NCBI GenBank assembly: GCA_029856105.1
Contig: JAHQWH010000036.1
Location: 1-50,466, forward strand
DNA: 50,466 bases
DNA from: Promethearchaeia archaeon
GTDB lineage: Archaea > Asgardarchaeota > Lokiarchaeia > Sigyniarchaeales > SOKP01
Direction of reading: 5' to 3'
The notes under the pieces are model-generated. The model searched no databases. It worked only from the letters and a program-made list of their open reading frames with translations, and had not been told where the DNA came from. Both the position numbers and the translations under genes were made by a program. Every line of letters starts with the position of its first letter. Positions within the stretch are counted from its first letter, which is position 1. Positions 20,625 through 31,576 of this stretch are shown in pieces.

Positions 20625-21824
20625 TTATGTTAAAGTTAAGTCTAAATGGATATCTGTAATTGGGTAAGATATACAAGGATGTATATAGCTAAAGTCCTTA
20701 TCCACTTCCCGTATAGTCACCTCTGGTGGGATAAAAACTTTGCCCGAAATCATTTTTGTTCGGCAGAGAGCACATTCACCAGAGCGACATCCACTAGCGA
20801 TTTCGACTTTCAGTTCTTTTGATCGTTCTAGGCTATTTAAGAGAGTTTCTATACATGATCCTTCAATTACTATTTTTTCTTTCGAAGCAAGACCTCTAAA
20901 TTCTACGGTAATTTGAACTTTCTTAGAGGTATCTATTTCTCGAGGCCACCCCATAACTTTAGTGATGTCGTCAGGAACTCCAAACGCCTCGTAATAAATT
21001 CGATGCTTAGGAACTCCAAGAGCTTTTAATTCTTCATCTACGAATTGGTACATGGCACGATTGCCAACAATGTAAAAGTACTTGTTTTCAATCGATACGA
21101 TTTCGTTTAATATCTTATCCTTTGAGATAAAACCACATTCTCCTTTCCATTCTGGAGTTGGTTCAGAGAGGATATATTTGATTTTGATATTTGACCTTCT
21201 TTTTTGGATATCTTCTAATTCACTTCTAAACAAGATATCTCTCTCAGTTAAACTTCCGAATACTAACCAAATGTTTAAGGGAAGTCTTTTCTCGGAGATT
21301 TCTCTTAGCATTGACATAAAAGGTGTAATACCACACCCACCAGCAATAAATACCAAATCTTTGCCGTGAAAGATGGGATTGTAGTAGAGATTTCCTAAGG
21401 GCTCAGTTACTTCAAAAATATCGCCAATTTTTACATTTTCAAAAAGAAAAGGGCTAACAAAACCACCTTCTTTCTTTCTAACACCTAATTCGTAGTAGGA
21501 GAGTTGATTTGGCGACGAGACAAGAGAATACGGGCGCGAGGTTCGAACTCCATTAATTTCTACAGTAAGGCCTACATATTGCCCCGCACGAAAGGGCGCT
21601 AAAGGCTTATCGGGTTTCGCAGAAATAAATCTAAATAGTTTAGTATCGCGTGAAAGAAGTTCAATATCAGTAACTAGTAGAGATTGCTTTTCGGGATGAA
21701 TCCTATTGGATAAATTTTCCAAACCGTCGTAATACCACGGTAGAGGTTCGACCTCATCGCGCCGTTTTTTTAACTTTTCAGCTTTCTGATACTTTTTTAC
21801 ATCTTCCATTATTTCCTTTTCCAT
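20625..21824 (-). CDS. FNR-type FAD/NAD reductase with C-terminal [2Fe-2S] ferredoxin (PaaE/KshB/Hcr-like)
   Basis: FRAGQY, RPYSL, IAGGCGITPF, CRSGECALC...C. Confidence 0.9.
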   Translation of the reverse strand: MEKEIMEDVKKYQKAEKLKKRRDEVEPLPWYYDGLENLSNRIHPEKQSLLVTDIELLSRDTKLFRFISAKPDKPLAPFRAGQYVGLTVEINGVRTSRPYSLVSSPNQLSYYELGVRKKEGGFVSPFLFENVKIGDIFEVTEPLGNLYYNPIFHGKDLVFIAGGCGITPFMSMLREISEKRLPLNIWLVFGSLTERDILFRSELEDIQKRRSNIKIKYILSEPTPEWKGECGFISKDKILNEIVSIENKYFYIVGNRAMYQFVDEELKALGVPKHRIYYEAFGVPDDITKVMGWPREIDTSKKVQITVEFRGLASKEKIVIEGSCIETLLNSLERSKELKVEIASGCRSGECALCRTKMISGKVFIPPEVTIREVDKDFSYIHPCISYPITDIHLDLTLT

Positions 21825-21828
21825 TTTT

Positions 21829-23382
21829 TTAGATCCTCCCTTTAATTTTATCGCCTAAATATAACCCTGCGCCTATCCTCCCACTTAAGAGAGTAGTCGA
21901 AAATCCACCACCAAAATTAGTCCATGCACCTACTTGATATAAACCTGGGATTGCACCTCTACTTTTTAATCGAAGTAAAGGCCCATTTGTAACATCTTGA
22001 GTAGTTCCATAGATAGCACCCTCTATATTTTTAGAATAACGGTAATACGTCAAAGGAGTTGCAGCTACAGCTACTTCGATATAATCGCGAATTTCAGGAC
22101 AAATAGTATCTTCGATCAATGACACCATCCCATCTGCGATCTTATCCTTTAAGTGGAAATATTGATCAGGCGCGATGTTTTGCCAAAGTTTACCCATTTG
22201 TAAAGTAGTTAAAACTAATTGAGTTGTTCCTGGAGGAGATATATCTTCATAAATGTGATTATAACAAGCAGCGACCATATATTTTGGCGGTTCCAATTTT
22301 CTGAAATTCTCGAACGCTTTATTTGTATCGTATAAATCGTTAATAAAAGTTTCATGAGCCGTAAATCCTAAATCTTTATATGAGGCATTTAATCCAATGT
22401 AAACAGAAAAACCAGATGGGCCAATTTCTGGAGCATAAATCATTTTCTTATAACTATCTGGCACTATATCTTGAGGAAGCATTTTCATGGTTGTACATAT
22501 TGGATTAACGTTAGAAATAACTGCTTTACAAAGATAAACGCTTCCGTTAAGGAGTTTCACTCCGCTAACTTTTCCATTTTCCACGAGAATACGATCAACC
22601 AACGCGTTATATCTTATTTCACCACCGAGTTCTTCAAATGCTTGTACCATTGAAGTTGATAAAGAATGTGATCTTCCTATTGGAAAAGCAGCGCCCCAAT
22701 TTAAATAAAATATGAGCATCGCAATATAAGTATAGGCATTTGTTCTGCTTGGCGGTAATCCAATGTATCCCCATAGTTGAGAGATTACAGCCATCAATTT
22801 CTCATCTTTAAAAAATTTCTTGTATAATTCTGATAATGTAAGGCCCGAAATCCGCGGAATCCATGGGTGTTCTTTAAGCATGTTTTGTGGTGAAAACTTT
22901 CCACCTTTAGAAGCTATAAATATAATACCAGCCAAAACAGCTTTGCACATTTCCATAAATTCTTCAATCCCTCGTTTTTCAGAAGGAAATAATTCAATTA
23001 ATTTGTTAGTATACTCTTCCATCCCAAGTGGAATTGTTACATCGTAACCATCGCTAAACAAGCTTCGATAAAACTCAGGAACTTGAATAAATTCTAGTTT
23101 ATTTGGAACTATACCTAATTTTTCCAAGAATCGATAAAGACTGCCTCGATTATTTTTCGTTCCAATATCACTTAACTCGTGCAATGCACCTTCAAATTCA
23201 AACCTTCCTCTAACAAAAGAAGTAGCAAATCCTCCAGGTACGTTGTGTTTCTCAAGTAACAATACTTTTTCTCCTCTGAGAACAAGTTGACATGCAGCAC
23301 CAAGTCCACCAAGTCCAGCGCCAATTACTATAACGGGGTATTTAGAAATTACTCTACTTTCATCAAAATTATTGTTATTCAT
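21829..23382 (-). CDS. Phytoene desaturase/retinol saturase-family FAD oxidoreductase
   Basis: VIGAGLGG, EKHNVPGG, RGRFEFEGALH, ATPLT..RY..GAIYG. Confidence 0.88.
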   Translation of the reverse strand: MNNNNFDESRVISKYPVIVIGAGLGGLGAACQLVLRGEKVLLLEKHNVPGGFATSFVRGRFEFEGALHELSDIGTKNNRGSLYRFLEKLGIVPNKLEFIQVPEFYRSLFSDGYDVTIPLGMEEYTNKLIELFPSEKRGIEEFMEMCKAVLAGIIFIASKGGKFSPQNMLKEHPWIPRISGLTLSELYKKFFKDEKLMAVISQLWGYIGLPPSRTNAYTYIAMLIFYLNWGAAFPIGRSHSLSTSMVQAFEELGGEIRYNALVDRILVENGKVSGVKLLNGSVYLCKAVISNVNPICTTMKMLPQDIVPDSYKKMIYAPEIGPSGFSVYIGLNASYKDLGFTAHETFINDLYDTNKAFENFRKLEPPKYMVAACYNHIYEDISPPGTTQLVLTTLQMGKLWQNIAPDQYFHLKDKIADGMVSLIEDTICPEIRDYIEVAVAATPLTYYRYSKNIEGAIYGTTQDVTNGPLLRLKSRGAIPGLYQVGAWTNFGGGFSTTLLSGRIGAGLYLGDKIKGRI

Positions 23383-23446
23383 AAAAAAATATTCATCTGA
23401 ATAATTTTTAAAGATATGTTTTTATAATAAAAAGATAATCCTTAAA

Positions 23447-24268
23447 TTATCGCCCAATGAAAACGGGATCTCTTTTTTCCTTTAAGGAATTCATCGATTC
23501 GTTGAAATCTTTTGTTCTAAATACTTTTTTTAATCCCTTATTTTCTAAATCCAATGTTTTATCTAAGATATCAATAAAGTAAGAGTTCATGGTTTTTTTC
23601 ATTAACTTTATTGACAAATATGGACCCTTAGGCGGTATCAATCTAAGCGCCTGTTCTCGAGCATAAGGTATTAATTCTTCGTTAGGCAATACTTTATTTA
23701 CAAGCCCAAGTTCATAAGCCTTTTGAGCGGTAATTTTATCGCCAAAATAACAAATCTCCTTTGCTTTTTGGAAACCAACTAAAAAGGGTAACATAAAAGT
23801 GGAACCAAACTCGGGGATTATTGCTCTTTTGGAAAAATAAAACCCTAACCACGCATCTTCGGCCATATAAATTAGATCAGCACCCGATAAAGGCATTGTA
23901 ATAGCGCCACCTATAGCCAATCCGTTTATCGCGGCAATAACAGGTTTAGAGAATTTCCAAAGTGCCATACTTAATTTCTTTTGGGCAATGTCCATCAGAT
24001 CTATCTCTGCTCTAATCTCTTTTTGGACTTTTTCAAAGAATTTAGGCTCGAAATAACCTCCAGACGAGAAAGCATTTCCTTCTGGGTTTCCAGTAATTAT
24101 AAGGACTTTAGCACTATCGTCTTTTTCCATATCTTCTAAAACAGTATAAATTTCTAAAAAAGACACGTAAGACACTGCGTTCCTTCTTTCTGGTCTATTT
24201 ATCGTGATTGTACAAATACCGTTTTCTTCTTTCTCATACAGAATGTCTTCAAAATCTTCTAATTTCAT
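23447..24268 (-). CDS. Crotonase-family protein (isomerase-like)
   Basis: NRPERRNA, KPVIAAINGLAIGG, IPEFG. Confidence 0.88.
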   Translation of the reverse strand: MKLEDFEDILYEKEENGICTITINRPERRNAVSYVSFLEIYTVLEDMEKDDSAKVLIITGNPEGNAFSSGGYFEPKFFEKVQKEIRAEIDLMDIAQKKLSMALWKFSKPVIAAINGLAIGGAITMPLSGADLIYMAEDAWLGFYFSKRAIIPEFGSTFMLPFLVGFQKAKEICYFGDKITAQKAYELGLVNKVLPNEELIPYAREQALRLIPPKGPYLSIKLMKKTMNSYFIDILDKTLDLENKGLKKVFRTKDFNESMNSLKEKRDPVFIGR

Positions 24269-24387
24269 TTTTAGTTCTAGAGTCTTTTTGTTATTAATTT
24301 ATAATAAATTTTCCTCTATTTAAATTTTAAACTAGTTAGAAAATTAAAAAAAAAAAAGATTATTTTAGCTTTTTCTACTAAATAGTA

Positions 24388-26097
24388 TTATTCAGATTTT
24401 CCTTCTTCTCGAAGCGCTTTTTTCAATATTTTTCCTACCATTGTCAATGGAAGTTCTTCGCGGAAATCCCAAATCTTTGGAACTTCGTATTTGGAAAGAC
24501 TTTTTTCAGCGTATTGTTTTATACTTTCTTTAACCTCTTCAGTTTCAGCAATACCCTCTTTTAATTGAATAACTGCCTTAACAATTTCAGCTCCAGGCCT
24601 ATCTGGGTTTGGAACACCGATAATTGCGAGTAATTCAATATCAGGATGTTTAGTCATTACTTCTTCGACGTGAACGCTATACACTTTAAAACCACTAACA
24701 ATCAACATATCTTTAGTACGATCAACGATTTTTAAGTATCCATCTTCGTCAAAAACACCTACATCACCAGTATGTACGTACCCATCTTTATCAAACGTTT
24801 TTGCTGTTGCTTCAGGTTTATTGTGATATTGCTTAACTACTTGTGGACCTTTGATCAATATCTCCCCAGGCTCCCCAATTCCCATTTCTTTGCCAGTCTC
24901 TACATCAATAAGTTTAATATCTGTATCAGGCAAGGGTAAACCTACAGTTCCAATTTTCTTTTCACCATTCATTGGATTTACTGTAGCGAGAACTGCAGTT
25001 TCGGTCATTCCATACACTTCAACAAACTTATTCTCCGTATGGAATTGTTTTTCAAATTCTCTTATTGCTTCTGGTGGGAAGGGAGCGGCACCACTTACAT
25101 ACAATGAAATGTTATCTAATACTTCTGCTGGAATTTGATGCGATTTTGGATTATTCTGAATCATTAAAAACAGAGTTGGGACGTTTCCAAAGCTAGTGGG
25201 TTTCTTGTCGATAATTTCATTAATTATATGATCGGTATCTCTTGGATTTGCAATTAAAATTTGTGCACCTCCTATATAGTTTAAAAATAATCCTATGAAG
25301 TATCCAGCTATGTGAAAGAATGGAAATCCTGAAATAAGAATTTCTTTTCCCTTCTCTCTTTTGAGCCATGAATCGAATTGATGTAAGTTTGATACTAAGT
25401 TTGAGTGAACAATTTCCGTTCCTTTAGGGAGTCCAGTAGTTCCTCCAGTATATTGTAATAATGCTAAATCCTTTTTTGGATCGATATCCACTTTTTTTAT
25501 ATCAATATCAGTGTCTATAGCGTCTAAAAAAGGGACTACTGTTTTGTTTGGCCATGGTTTCATTTTTCCTTTTGGTATCTTGCCAATTAATTTACCCAAA
25601 AGCACCTTAATTCCAGGGAGTCCCATAAATTCAGAAATATTCGTAGGAACAATAACCTTAAGTTTCGGTAAATTATCTAGAAATTGCGAAAAGACTTTTT
25701 CGTAAACGATATCCATGGTAATTACAAATTTTGCGCCACAATCTTCCAATTGATATGCTAATTCGTTAGGACTTAAGAGGGGAGAACAACCAGAAACGGT
25801 GCCTCCCGCCATATATGTTCCATAAGCAGAAAATAGGTATTGAGGACAATTTGGAAGACAAATTGCTACTATATCACCTTTTTCCAAACCATTCTTTTGT
25901 AAAAATGTTGCGAATTTCTGAGAATATTCTAATATCTCCTTAAAAAGGAATGTGCGCTCCATGAAATAAAAACCTACATTCTCGGGATATTTTTTCATCG
26001 CACCAGTTAATATAGTTCCAAGATCTTCTGTTGGATAGGTTAGGGATGGTGAAACATGAGAATCATAAGATTTGAACCAAAATTTTTCTTTACTCAT
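24388..26097 (-). CDS. Long-chain fatty acid--CoA ligase
   Basis: QYTGGTTGLPKG, YGMTE, TGD, DRTKD, GKILKK. Confidence 0.92.
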   Translation of the reverse strand: MSKEKFWFKSYDSHVSPSLTYPTEDLGTILTGAMKKYPENVGFYFMERTFLFKEILEYSQKFATFLQKNGLEKGDIVAICLPNCPQYLFSAYGTYMAGGTVSGCSPLLSPNELAYQLEDCGAKFVITMDIVYEKVFSQFLDNLPKLKVIVPTNISEFMGLPGIKVLLGKLIGKIPKGKMKPWPNKTVVPFLDAIDTDIDIKKVDIDPKKDLALLQYTGGTTGLPKGTEIVHSNLVSNLHQFDSWLKREKGKEILISGFPFFHIAGYFIGLFLNYIGGAQILIANPRDTDHIINEIIDKKPTSFGNVPTLFLMIQNNPKSHQIPAEVLDNISLYVSGAAPFPPEAIREFEKQFHTENKFVEVYGMTETAVLATVNPMNGEKKIGTVGLPLPDTDIKLIDVETGKEMGIGEPGEILIKGPQVVKQYHNKPEATAKTFDKDGYVHTGDVGVFDEDGYLKIVDRTKDMLIVSGFKVYSVHVEEVMTKHPDIELLAIIGVPNPDRPGAEIVKAVIQLKEGIAETEEVKESIKQYAEKSLSKYEVPKIWDFREELPLTMVGKILKKALREEGKSE

Positions 26098-26299
26098 TTA
26101 AATTTAACTCTTTTTTTTTTATTTTTTTTTTATTGAATTTGTTAATTAATTACTTTGCTTCATTTATTTTTAAAAGTTGATATTTTTTTTTGAAAAACTA
26201 ATCAATTTCCATAAATTGAAGATAGAATAATATCAATTTTAAACAAAAAAATATAGGTTTAGAAACGAATTTGATAAAAACTCGAAATTTAAAATTCTA

Positions 26300-27352
26300 T
26301 TAAGATAGATATTTTTTTAATACGAGCCCTATCTGTTCGATACTGTAGCCAATATCGTCTTCGGTGATTCCATAATGAGTAACGAACCTAATCTTATCTT
26401 TACTGATATTAAAAGCTAATAACCCAGCCTTGTTGAGCGTTGTAATAATCTTAATAATTCTAATTTTTTCCAACATTTCAATTATTACAATGTTAGTATC
26501 AGTCGGATATACTTTTATTGGTAAATTGAAACTTTTTAATCCTAGAGCAAGCATTTTAGCATTTTTATGATCCTCATCAAGTCTTTTTATCCATTTAGGT
26601 TCTAAAGCAAGAAGACCAAAAGCGGCTATAATTCCAGCTTGACGCATACCTCCCCCAACCAACTTTCGAAACTTTCTAGCTTTTGAAATAAATTCTTTAG
26701 AACCCGCTACAATTGACCCTACGGGGCAGGAGAGCCCTTTAGACAGACAGAACATTACGCTATCAACATGTTTAGTAAATTCTGTTACGGGAACATTCAG
26801 TCCAACTGCAGCGTTAAAAATTCTCGCACCATCTAAATGAAATTTTAACTCATTTTTATCGATAAAATCCTTCATACTCTTCAATGCACCAACCCCAACT
26901 ATCGCACCGCCATGGTAATTATGCGTATTCTCCGTGCATAGAAGTGTGGTTGGTGGTTTATGTATATCTTCTTTATCGCGAATTAAAGTTTGAAGTTGTT
27001 CGAAAGAAGGAACGCCCCTATCTGAGGGAAATGTCCTTATCATCAAGCCCCCTATTCGCGCAGCACTCCCTACTTCGTTTCCATAAATATGACTTAATTC
27101 TTCTAATAAAATTTCGTCTCCTGGTTTAGATTGCGAAAGAAGTGAAACTAAGTTGCCTTGAGTTCCTGAAGTTACAAACAATGCGGCTTCTTTGCCAATA
27201 ACTTTCGCAGCTTTTTCCTCTAACTCATTCACAGTAGGGTCTTCTCCCATAACATCATCTCCAAGCTGAGAACTATCCATTGACTTTACAAATTCCCACA
27301 TTTCTGGAGAAGGCTTGGTAACTGTATCAGATCGTAAATCAACGATTTTCAT
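26300..27352 (-). CDS. ltaE: Low-specificity L-threonine aldolase (PLP)
   Basis: DLRSDT, GDDVMGEDPT, HLDGAR, CLSKGL, GGGMRQAG. Confidence 0.9.
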   Translation of the reverse strand: MKIVDLRSDTVTKPSPEMWEFVKSMDSSQLGDDVMGEDPTVNELEEKAAKVIGKEAALFVTSGTQGNLVSLLSQSKPGDEILLEELSHIYGNEVGSAARIGGLMIRTFPSDRGVPSFEQLQTLIRDKEDIHKPPTTLLCTENTHNYHGGAIVGVGALKSMKDFIDKNELKFHLDGARIFNAAVGLNVPVTEFTKHVDSVMFCLSKGLSCPVGSIVAGSKEFISKARKFRKLVGGGMRQAGIIAAFGLLALEPKWIKRLDEDHKNAKMLALGLKSFNLPIKVYPTDTNIVIIEMLEKIRIIKIITTLNKAGLLAFNISKDKIRFVTHYGITEDDIGYSIEQIGLVLKKYLS

Positions 27353-27468
27353 TAATATCAATTTAATTTAATTTAAACTGTAATAATGAATTATGTTATT
27401 TTTTTGAGAACCCAAAACTATATCACAATCGTAATATTTTTTCGTTGCTCTACAAAGCGTATATTGGA

Positions 27469-28230
27469 TTACAAACCCGGAATCGCTGTACGTTTATGTA
27501 CAATATCTAATAGTTTGGAAACAAGTGTGATCAGAACTAGAAAGATGACAGCAATAACGATGTAAGTAGTGAGAGAAATAAATGTCCTAGCAACAATCCA
27601 ATGCGCCTCGGCAAACAATTCCTCAACTCCGATGAAATAAACAATAACCGTATACTTCGGAAGGTAGGCGGCCTCATTAGACCATGCAGGAATAACGCGT
27701 CGCAAAGCTTGAGGTACGATAATATGACGAATTCCAGAAAACCGAGACATACCTAGTGATTGGGCAGCCATTAACTGTCCAGAACCTACGGACATAATAG
27801 CTCCACGGAAATATTCTGCTTGATACGCTGAACTATTAAGCCCTAATACAATAATTCCAATTAAAGTTCGTCGATTTAGGAGAATAAGAGTTATTTCCTT
27901 ATCAAAAATCATGAAGCTTGTTGAAAAACTCCACCTCTCTATCGGTAAATTTAAACTATAAGGGAGAAAATATAAAAGAAATAATTGTGCGATTAGAGGT
28001 GTGCCACGCACAATCTCTATAAAGCCTGCAGAGATATCTGAAATAATACCTAAAGGATAAGATGATTTGTATAGTCGGAGAATTGCCAATATTAATCCTA
28101 GAAAAAAACCGATTAAAATTGCCCATCCATATAACCACAATGTTAACAAGAAACCTGAAAAAATATGATCCCAATATTCCAGTACAGCAAGAATTTCCTC
28201 AATCGGTCCAGGAAGAACTTGAAACATCAC
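27469..28230 (-). CDS. Polar amino-acid ABC transporter permease
   Basis: RGTPL, SAYQAEYFRG, PQALRR. Confidence 0.92.
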   Translation of the reverse strand: MMFQVLPGPIEEILAVLEYWDHIFSGFLLTLWLYGWAILIGFFLGLILAILRLYKSSYPLGIISDISAGFIEIVRGTPLIAQLFLLYFLPYSLNLPIERWSFSTSFMIFDKEITLILLNRRTLIGIIVLGLNSSAYQAEYFRGAIMSVGSGQLMAAQSLGMSRFSGIRHIIVPQALRRVIPAWSNEAAYLPKYTVIVYFIGVEELFAEAHWIVARTFISLTTYIVIAVIFLVLITLVSKLLDIVHKRTAIPGL

Positions 28231-29018
28231 TCATTTTTCTCCTTTTTTGAAAGTTCTAAAAGCTTTTCGTGGCCCCCATATAATATACTAATTTGGTTTA
28301 GAAAGCGCCGAACCCTTTCAGATTTAGGAGCCGTAAAGAAATGTTCAGGTGTACCACGTTCAACGATAACACCCCCATCAAGATAGAGCATTTCTGATGA
28401 GACGGCTCTAGCAAATCCGAGTTCGTGTGTAACAACAACCATAGTCGTGCCCGCTTTAGCAAGATCTAACATTACCTGAAGAACTTCACCTATTAGTTCA
28501 GGATCTAATGCAGAAGTAGGTTCATCAAATAAAATTACATCGGGTTCCATGACCAAGGCCCGTGCAATACCTACACGTTGTTGTTGGCCCCCAGAAAGTT
28601 CAGCAGGGTAATGATCAGCCCATTCAGCTAATCTTACACGTTGTAAAGCTTCAAGTGCCCTTTCTCGAGCTTCTTCTTTAGGTAATTTTTTCACCCGCCG
28701 AAGACCGATGCTTACATTGTCTATTGCTTTGAGATGAGAAAATAAATTAAAATGCTGAAATACCATACCGATTTTCGCTCTCAATGCATTAATATTTGCT
28801 TTAGATTCCATTAAATTTTGTCCAGAAAGATATACTTCACCCTTATCGGGAGGTTCTAGCATATTAATACATCGAAGGAGCGTGCTCTTACCTGAACCAC
28901 TAGGTCCAAAAATGACCTTGACATCTCTTTGTGCTAATTCGAAAGAGACACCCTTAAGAACATTTAAATCGTCATATGACTTCCACACATCAACTACACG
29001 TAATATATTTTCGTTTAT
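28227..29018 (-). CDS. Polar amino-acid ABC transporter ATPase (GlnQ-like); probable ATA start at 29018
   Basis: [25 protein letters not shown]. The conserved N-terminus [11 protein letters not shown] lies upstream of the tracked GTG 28988. Confidence 0.9.
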   Translation of the reverse strand: MNENILRVVDVWKSYDDLNVLKGVSFELAQRDVKVIFGPSGSGKSTLLRCINMLEPPDKGEVYLSGQNLMESKANINALRAKIGMVFQHFNLFSHLKAIDNVSIGLRRVKKLPKEEARERALEALQRVRLAEWADHYPAELSGGQQQRVGIARALVMEPDVILFDEPTSALDPELIGEVLQVMLDLAKAGTTMVVVTHELGFARAVSSEMLYLDGGVIVERGTPEHFFTAPKSERVRRFLNQISILYGGHEKLLELSKKEKNE

Positions 29019-29020
29019 AT

Positions 29021-29707
29021 CTAGCCACCTCCCATTCCTAATTTTTTAAGTTTTTTAGTTTGCCGTTCACCAAATAATCTTGCTACTGGATAAGTAAATA
29101 AAAAGTATAGAATGGCAACAGCACCTATAGATAAAGCCCATAAATTTGTGAAACCTACTCCAAGATCATAAGCTGCTTTTGTCATTTCAACAATTCCAAC
29201 TGCATAAGCAAAAGATGAATCCTTGATAACTACCGCATACTCATTGGTCCAACTAGGAACAGCTAACCGTAAGGCTTGAGGCATTATAATAGATCGGAAA
29301 GCTTGGACTTTACTCATACCTAATGCCCGAGCTGCTTCCATTTGTCCTGGGTTCACAGATAGAATAGCTCCACGAAAAATCTGAGATTGATACGCACCAC
29401 TACGAAGAGCAAGTGCCAAAATTACGCTAGCAATTGGTCTATCAAGTAAATCTAAATACCAAAATAAGTCTGGCATCCCGAAAGCGAATATAAAGATTAA
29501 TATAAGGATAGGAATCCCACGCAAAAGTTTTTCGTAACCACTTGATAACCAAATGAGTTCTTTAGCGCCGTAAACGCGCATAATTGCCAAAATTATTCCT
29601 AAGAGAAACCCCCCTAGTAAACCAAGGGCAGTAAGAAGTAATGTATTAAATAAGCCATGAATAATAATATAAAAAAAAATATCAAAGAGGTCTGGCATGT
29701 TACTCAT
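29021..29707 (-). CDS. Polar amino-acid ABC transporter permease
   Basis: RGIP, GQMEAARALG, IKDSS. Confidence 0.92.
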   Translation of the reverse strand: MSNMPDLFDIFFYIIIHGLFNTLLLTALGLLGGFLLGIILAIMRVYGAKELIWLSSGYEKLLRGIPILILIFIFAFGMPDLFWYLDLLDRPIASVILALALRSGAYQSQIFRGAILSVNPGQMEAARALGMSKVQAFRSIIMPQALRLAVPSWTNEYAVVIKDSSFAYAVGIVEMTKAAYDLGVGFTNLWALSIGAVAILYFLFTYPVARLFGERQTKKLKKLGMGGG

Positions 29708-29711
29708 CTTT

Positions 29712-30518
29712 TTATACTGTTACATTGCCAAACCACTGATTTATTAGAGTGTACATGGATCCATCTTGATAACTATCAAAAATAACTTTATTAATTTCGT
29801 ACAGCAGAGCGGGTTCACCGTGTCTAGTCCACAGTGCTAAAGGTTCTTCTTCTGAACTGTATATAACCCTAAGAACATATGTAGTTTCGTATGCATTAAA
29901 GATTGGTCCGTCTACATATGCTGCGTCTATTCCTCCAGCGTTTAAATCTTGAATAAGGACATCAGCACTAGCATAAGTAAAAACATTTATCCCGGAGATA
30001 GCGTCTAACTCGTCCTGCATTACGGTGCCTGATTGGCAACCAACATCGAATCCTATGAGATCTGTTAAATTCGTAATCGGAACTGGAAAATCCAATGAAC
30101 TATTCTTCACGATCACAACTTGACTAACTGAAATGTAGGTTGTAGAAGCTGCAAGTTGAGCTGCGCGTTGTGCATTGTATGTCATAGCCGCAGCAATCAT
30201 ATCGATCGTACCAGCTTTACAAGCACCAATAAGAGAGTCAAAACCTATATCTTGCATTTGGAGTGTAACACCAAGCGCATCTGCTATCATCTGTGACACA
30301 TCAATATCAAAACCTACGATCTCTCCACCGGGATAAGTCTTATTCTCGAAGGGAGGGTAATCAGCACTAGTCCCTACAATGATATAACCTCGATCTTGAA
30401 TTTGATCTAATAACGGTGTAGGTGCTGGCTCGGTAAGAAGTGCAGGAATGAACCATCCTGCAGAAAACCCTACTACTATACCGATGATAATTCCTAATAT
30501 TGCTATTTCTCTTTTCAT
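29712..30518 (-). CDS. Amino-acid ABC transporter substrate-binding protein (N-terminal membrane anchor)
   Basis: GTSADYPPFE, GFDID, hydrophobic N-terminus. Confidence 0.9.
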   Translation of the reverse strand: MKREIAILGIIIGIVVGFSAGWFIPALLTEPAPTPLLDQIQDRGYIIVGTSADYPPFENKTYPGGEIVGFDIDVSQMIADALGVTLQMQDIGFDSLIGACKAGTIDMIAAAMTYNAQRAAQLAASTTYISVSQVVIVKNSSLDFPVPITNLTDLIGFDVGCQSGTVMQDELDAISGINVFTYASADVLIQDLNAGGIDAAYVDGPIFNAYETTYVLRVIYSSEEEPLALWTRHGEPALLYEINKVIFDSYQDGSMYTLINQWFGNVTV

Positions 30519-30701
30519 CCATTAATCAACTTTTTATTTTAAATTTTATTTAGTGTTGTATTTTAGATTAAGTGATACAGAAGATAAAAGTTATAAGTAA
30601 GCTTATAAAGATTTTCATTTATAGTCTAATAATATCAACAGTTAACCTTAGAATGTTAATTAAATTATCATTTCTCTAATAAAAAAAAAAGGAAGAAAAA
30701 T

Positions 30702-31073
30702 CTATTTAGTTTTCAAAACAAGGGTTATTGCTCGAGTTAGGCGTATTACTTCAATGATTTTTCCTTTTGTAACTTTTATCTCTTCTCTACTAATCGCATG
30801 AGTGAAATCGCCCTTACCATTGCAGATTTTTACAATTGCGTTATTGTCTCCCGTTATAATTATGTTAGGATCTGAAGCAGTTCCGTTAATCAGTTCAGCT
30901 TTTCTTCCTTTTACCTTAAGATAAAAAGAGTCCTCGTTATCCAAGTTAAATTGGAAAATCATATCCCAATCAACTTCTTTACCACCAATGTTAGTAAAAA
31001 AAACAGCTTCAACTTTTGCGTTCCCGCTCATAATTTCAACTATTTTACTTAAACTTTCACTTGCTATACCCAA
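30702..31073 (-). CDS. SCP2 sterol/lipid-binding domain protein
   Basis: FQFNL..FYLKV..G..DPNI; AISREEIKV; last gene of the thiolase-DUF35 operon. Confidence 0.75.
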   Translation of the reverse strand: MGIASESLSKIVEIMSGNAKVEAVFFTNIGGKEVDWDMIFQFNLDNEDSFYLKVKGRKAELINGTASDPNIIITGDNNAIVKICNGKGDFTHAISREEIKVTKGKIIEVIRLTRAITLVLKTK

Positions 31074-31075
31074 TT

Positions 31076-31576
31076 TTACTCACCACCTTCAAATTCTGGT
31101 TTATTAATCCATCTTTCCCACTCATCTTCGGGAACAAAGAAGAAATCTGTCATTCTTCCTTCTCGGTCCTCCCTCTTTTTAAACACTGCTTTAACTCGTT
31201 GTCCTTTCTTAATTTTTGAAGGGACCAAATTTTCTGAAAATACCCCTTGAAATAAAGCAGTATCTGCGTCATCTAATTTAATAAATGCACAACCGTAGGG
31301 AACATTTTGAATAAACTCAGCGGCCCCATACCATACTATCGTGCTAATTTGAATCGTGCCGGCGTGGGAGAGTTCAATCCAATCGGTATCTTCATAACAC
31401 TCTGAACAATTAATTCTTGGAGGCATCCATACTTTACCACACTTCTTGCATTTTGTTCCTAATATCTTCTTATCATTCATTAATTCGATGAAGAATTTTG
31501 ATTGCCCGCCCATGGTATACTTATATTCTATTAGGATTTTATCCCTAATTTCATGTGACTGAAATTCTTCGCTCAT
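31076..31576 (-). CDS. DUF35 Zn-ribbon/OB-fold protein
   Basis: CKKC..PPRINCSEC; KLDDADT; ATGA overlap with the thiolase stop. Confidence 0.9.
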   Translation of the reverse strand: MSEEFQSHEIRDKILIEYKYTMGGQSKFFIELMNDKKILGTKCKKCGKVWMPPRINCSECYEDTDWIELSHAGTIQISTIVWYGAAEFIQNVPYGCAFIKLDDADTALFQGVFSENLVPSKIKKGQRVKAVFKKREDREGRMTDFFFVPEDEWERWINKPEFEGGE

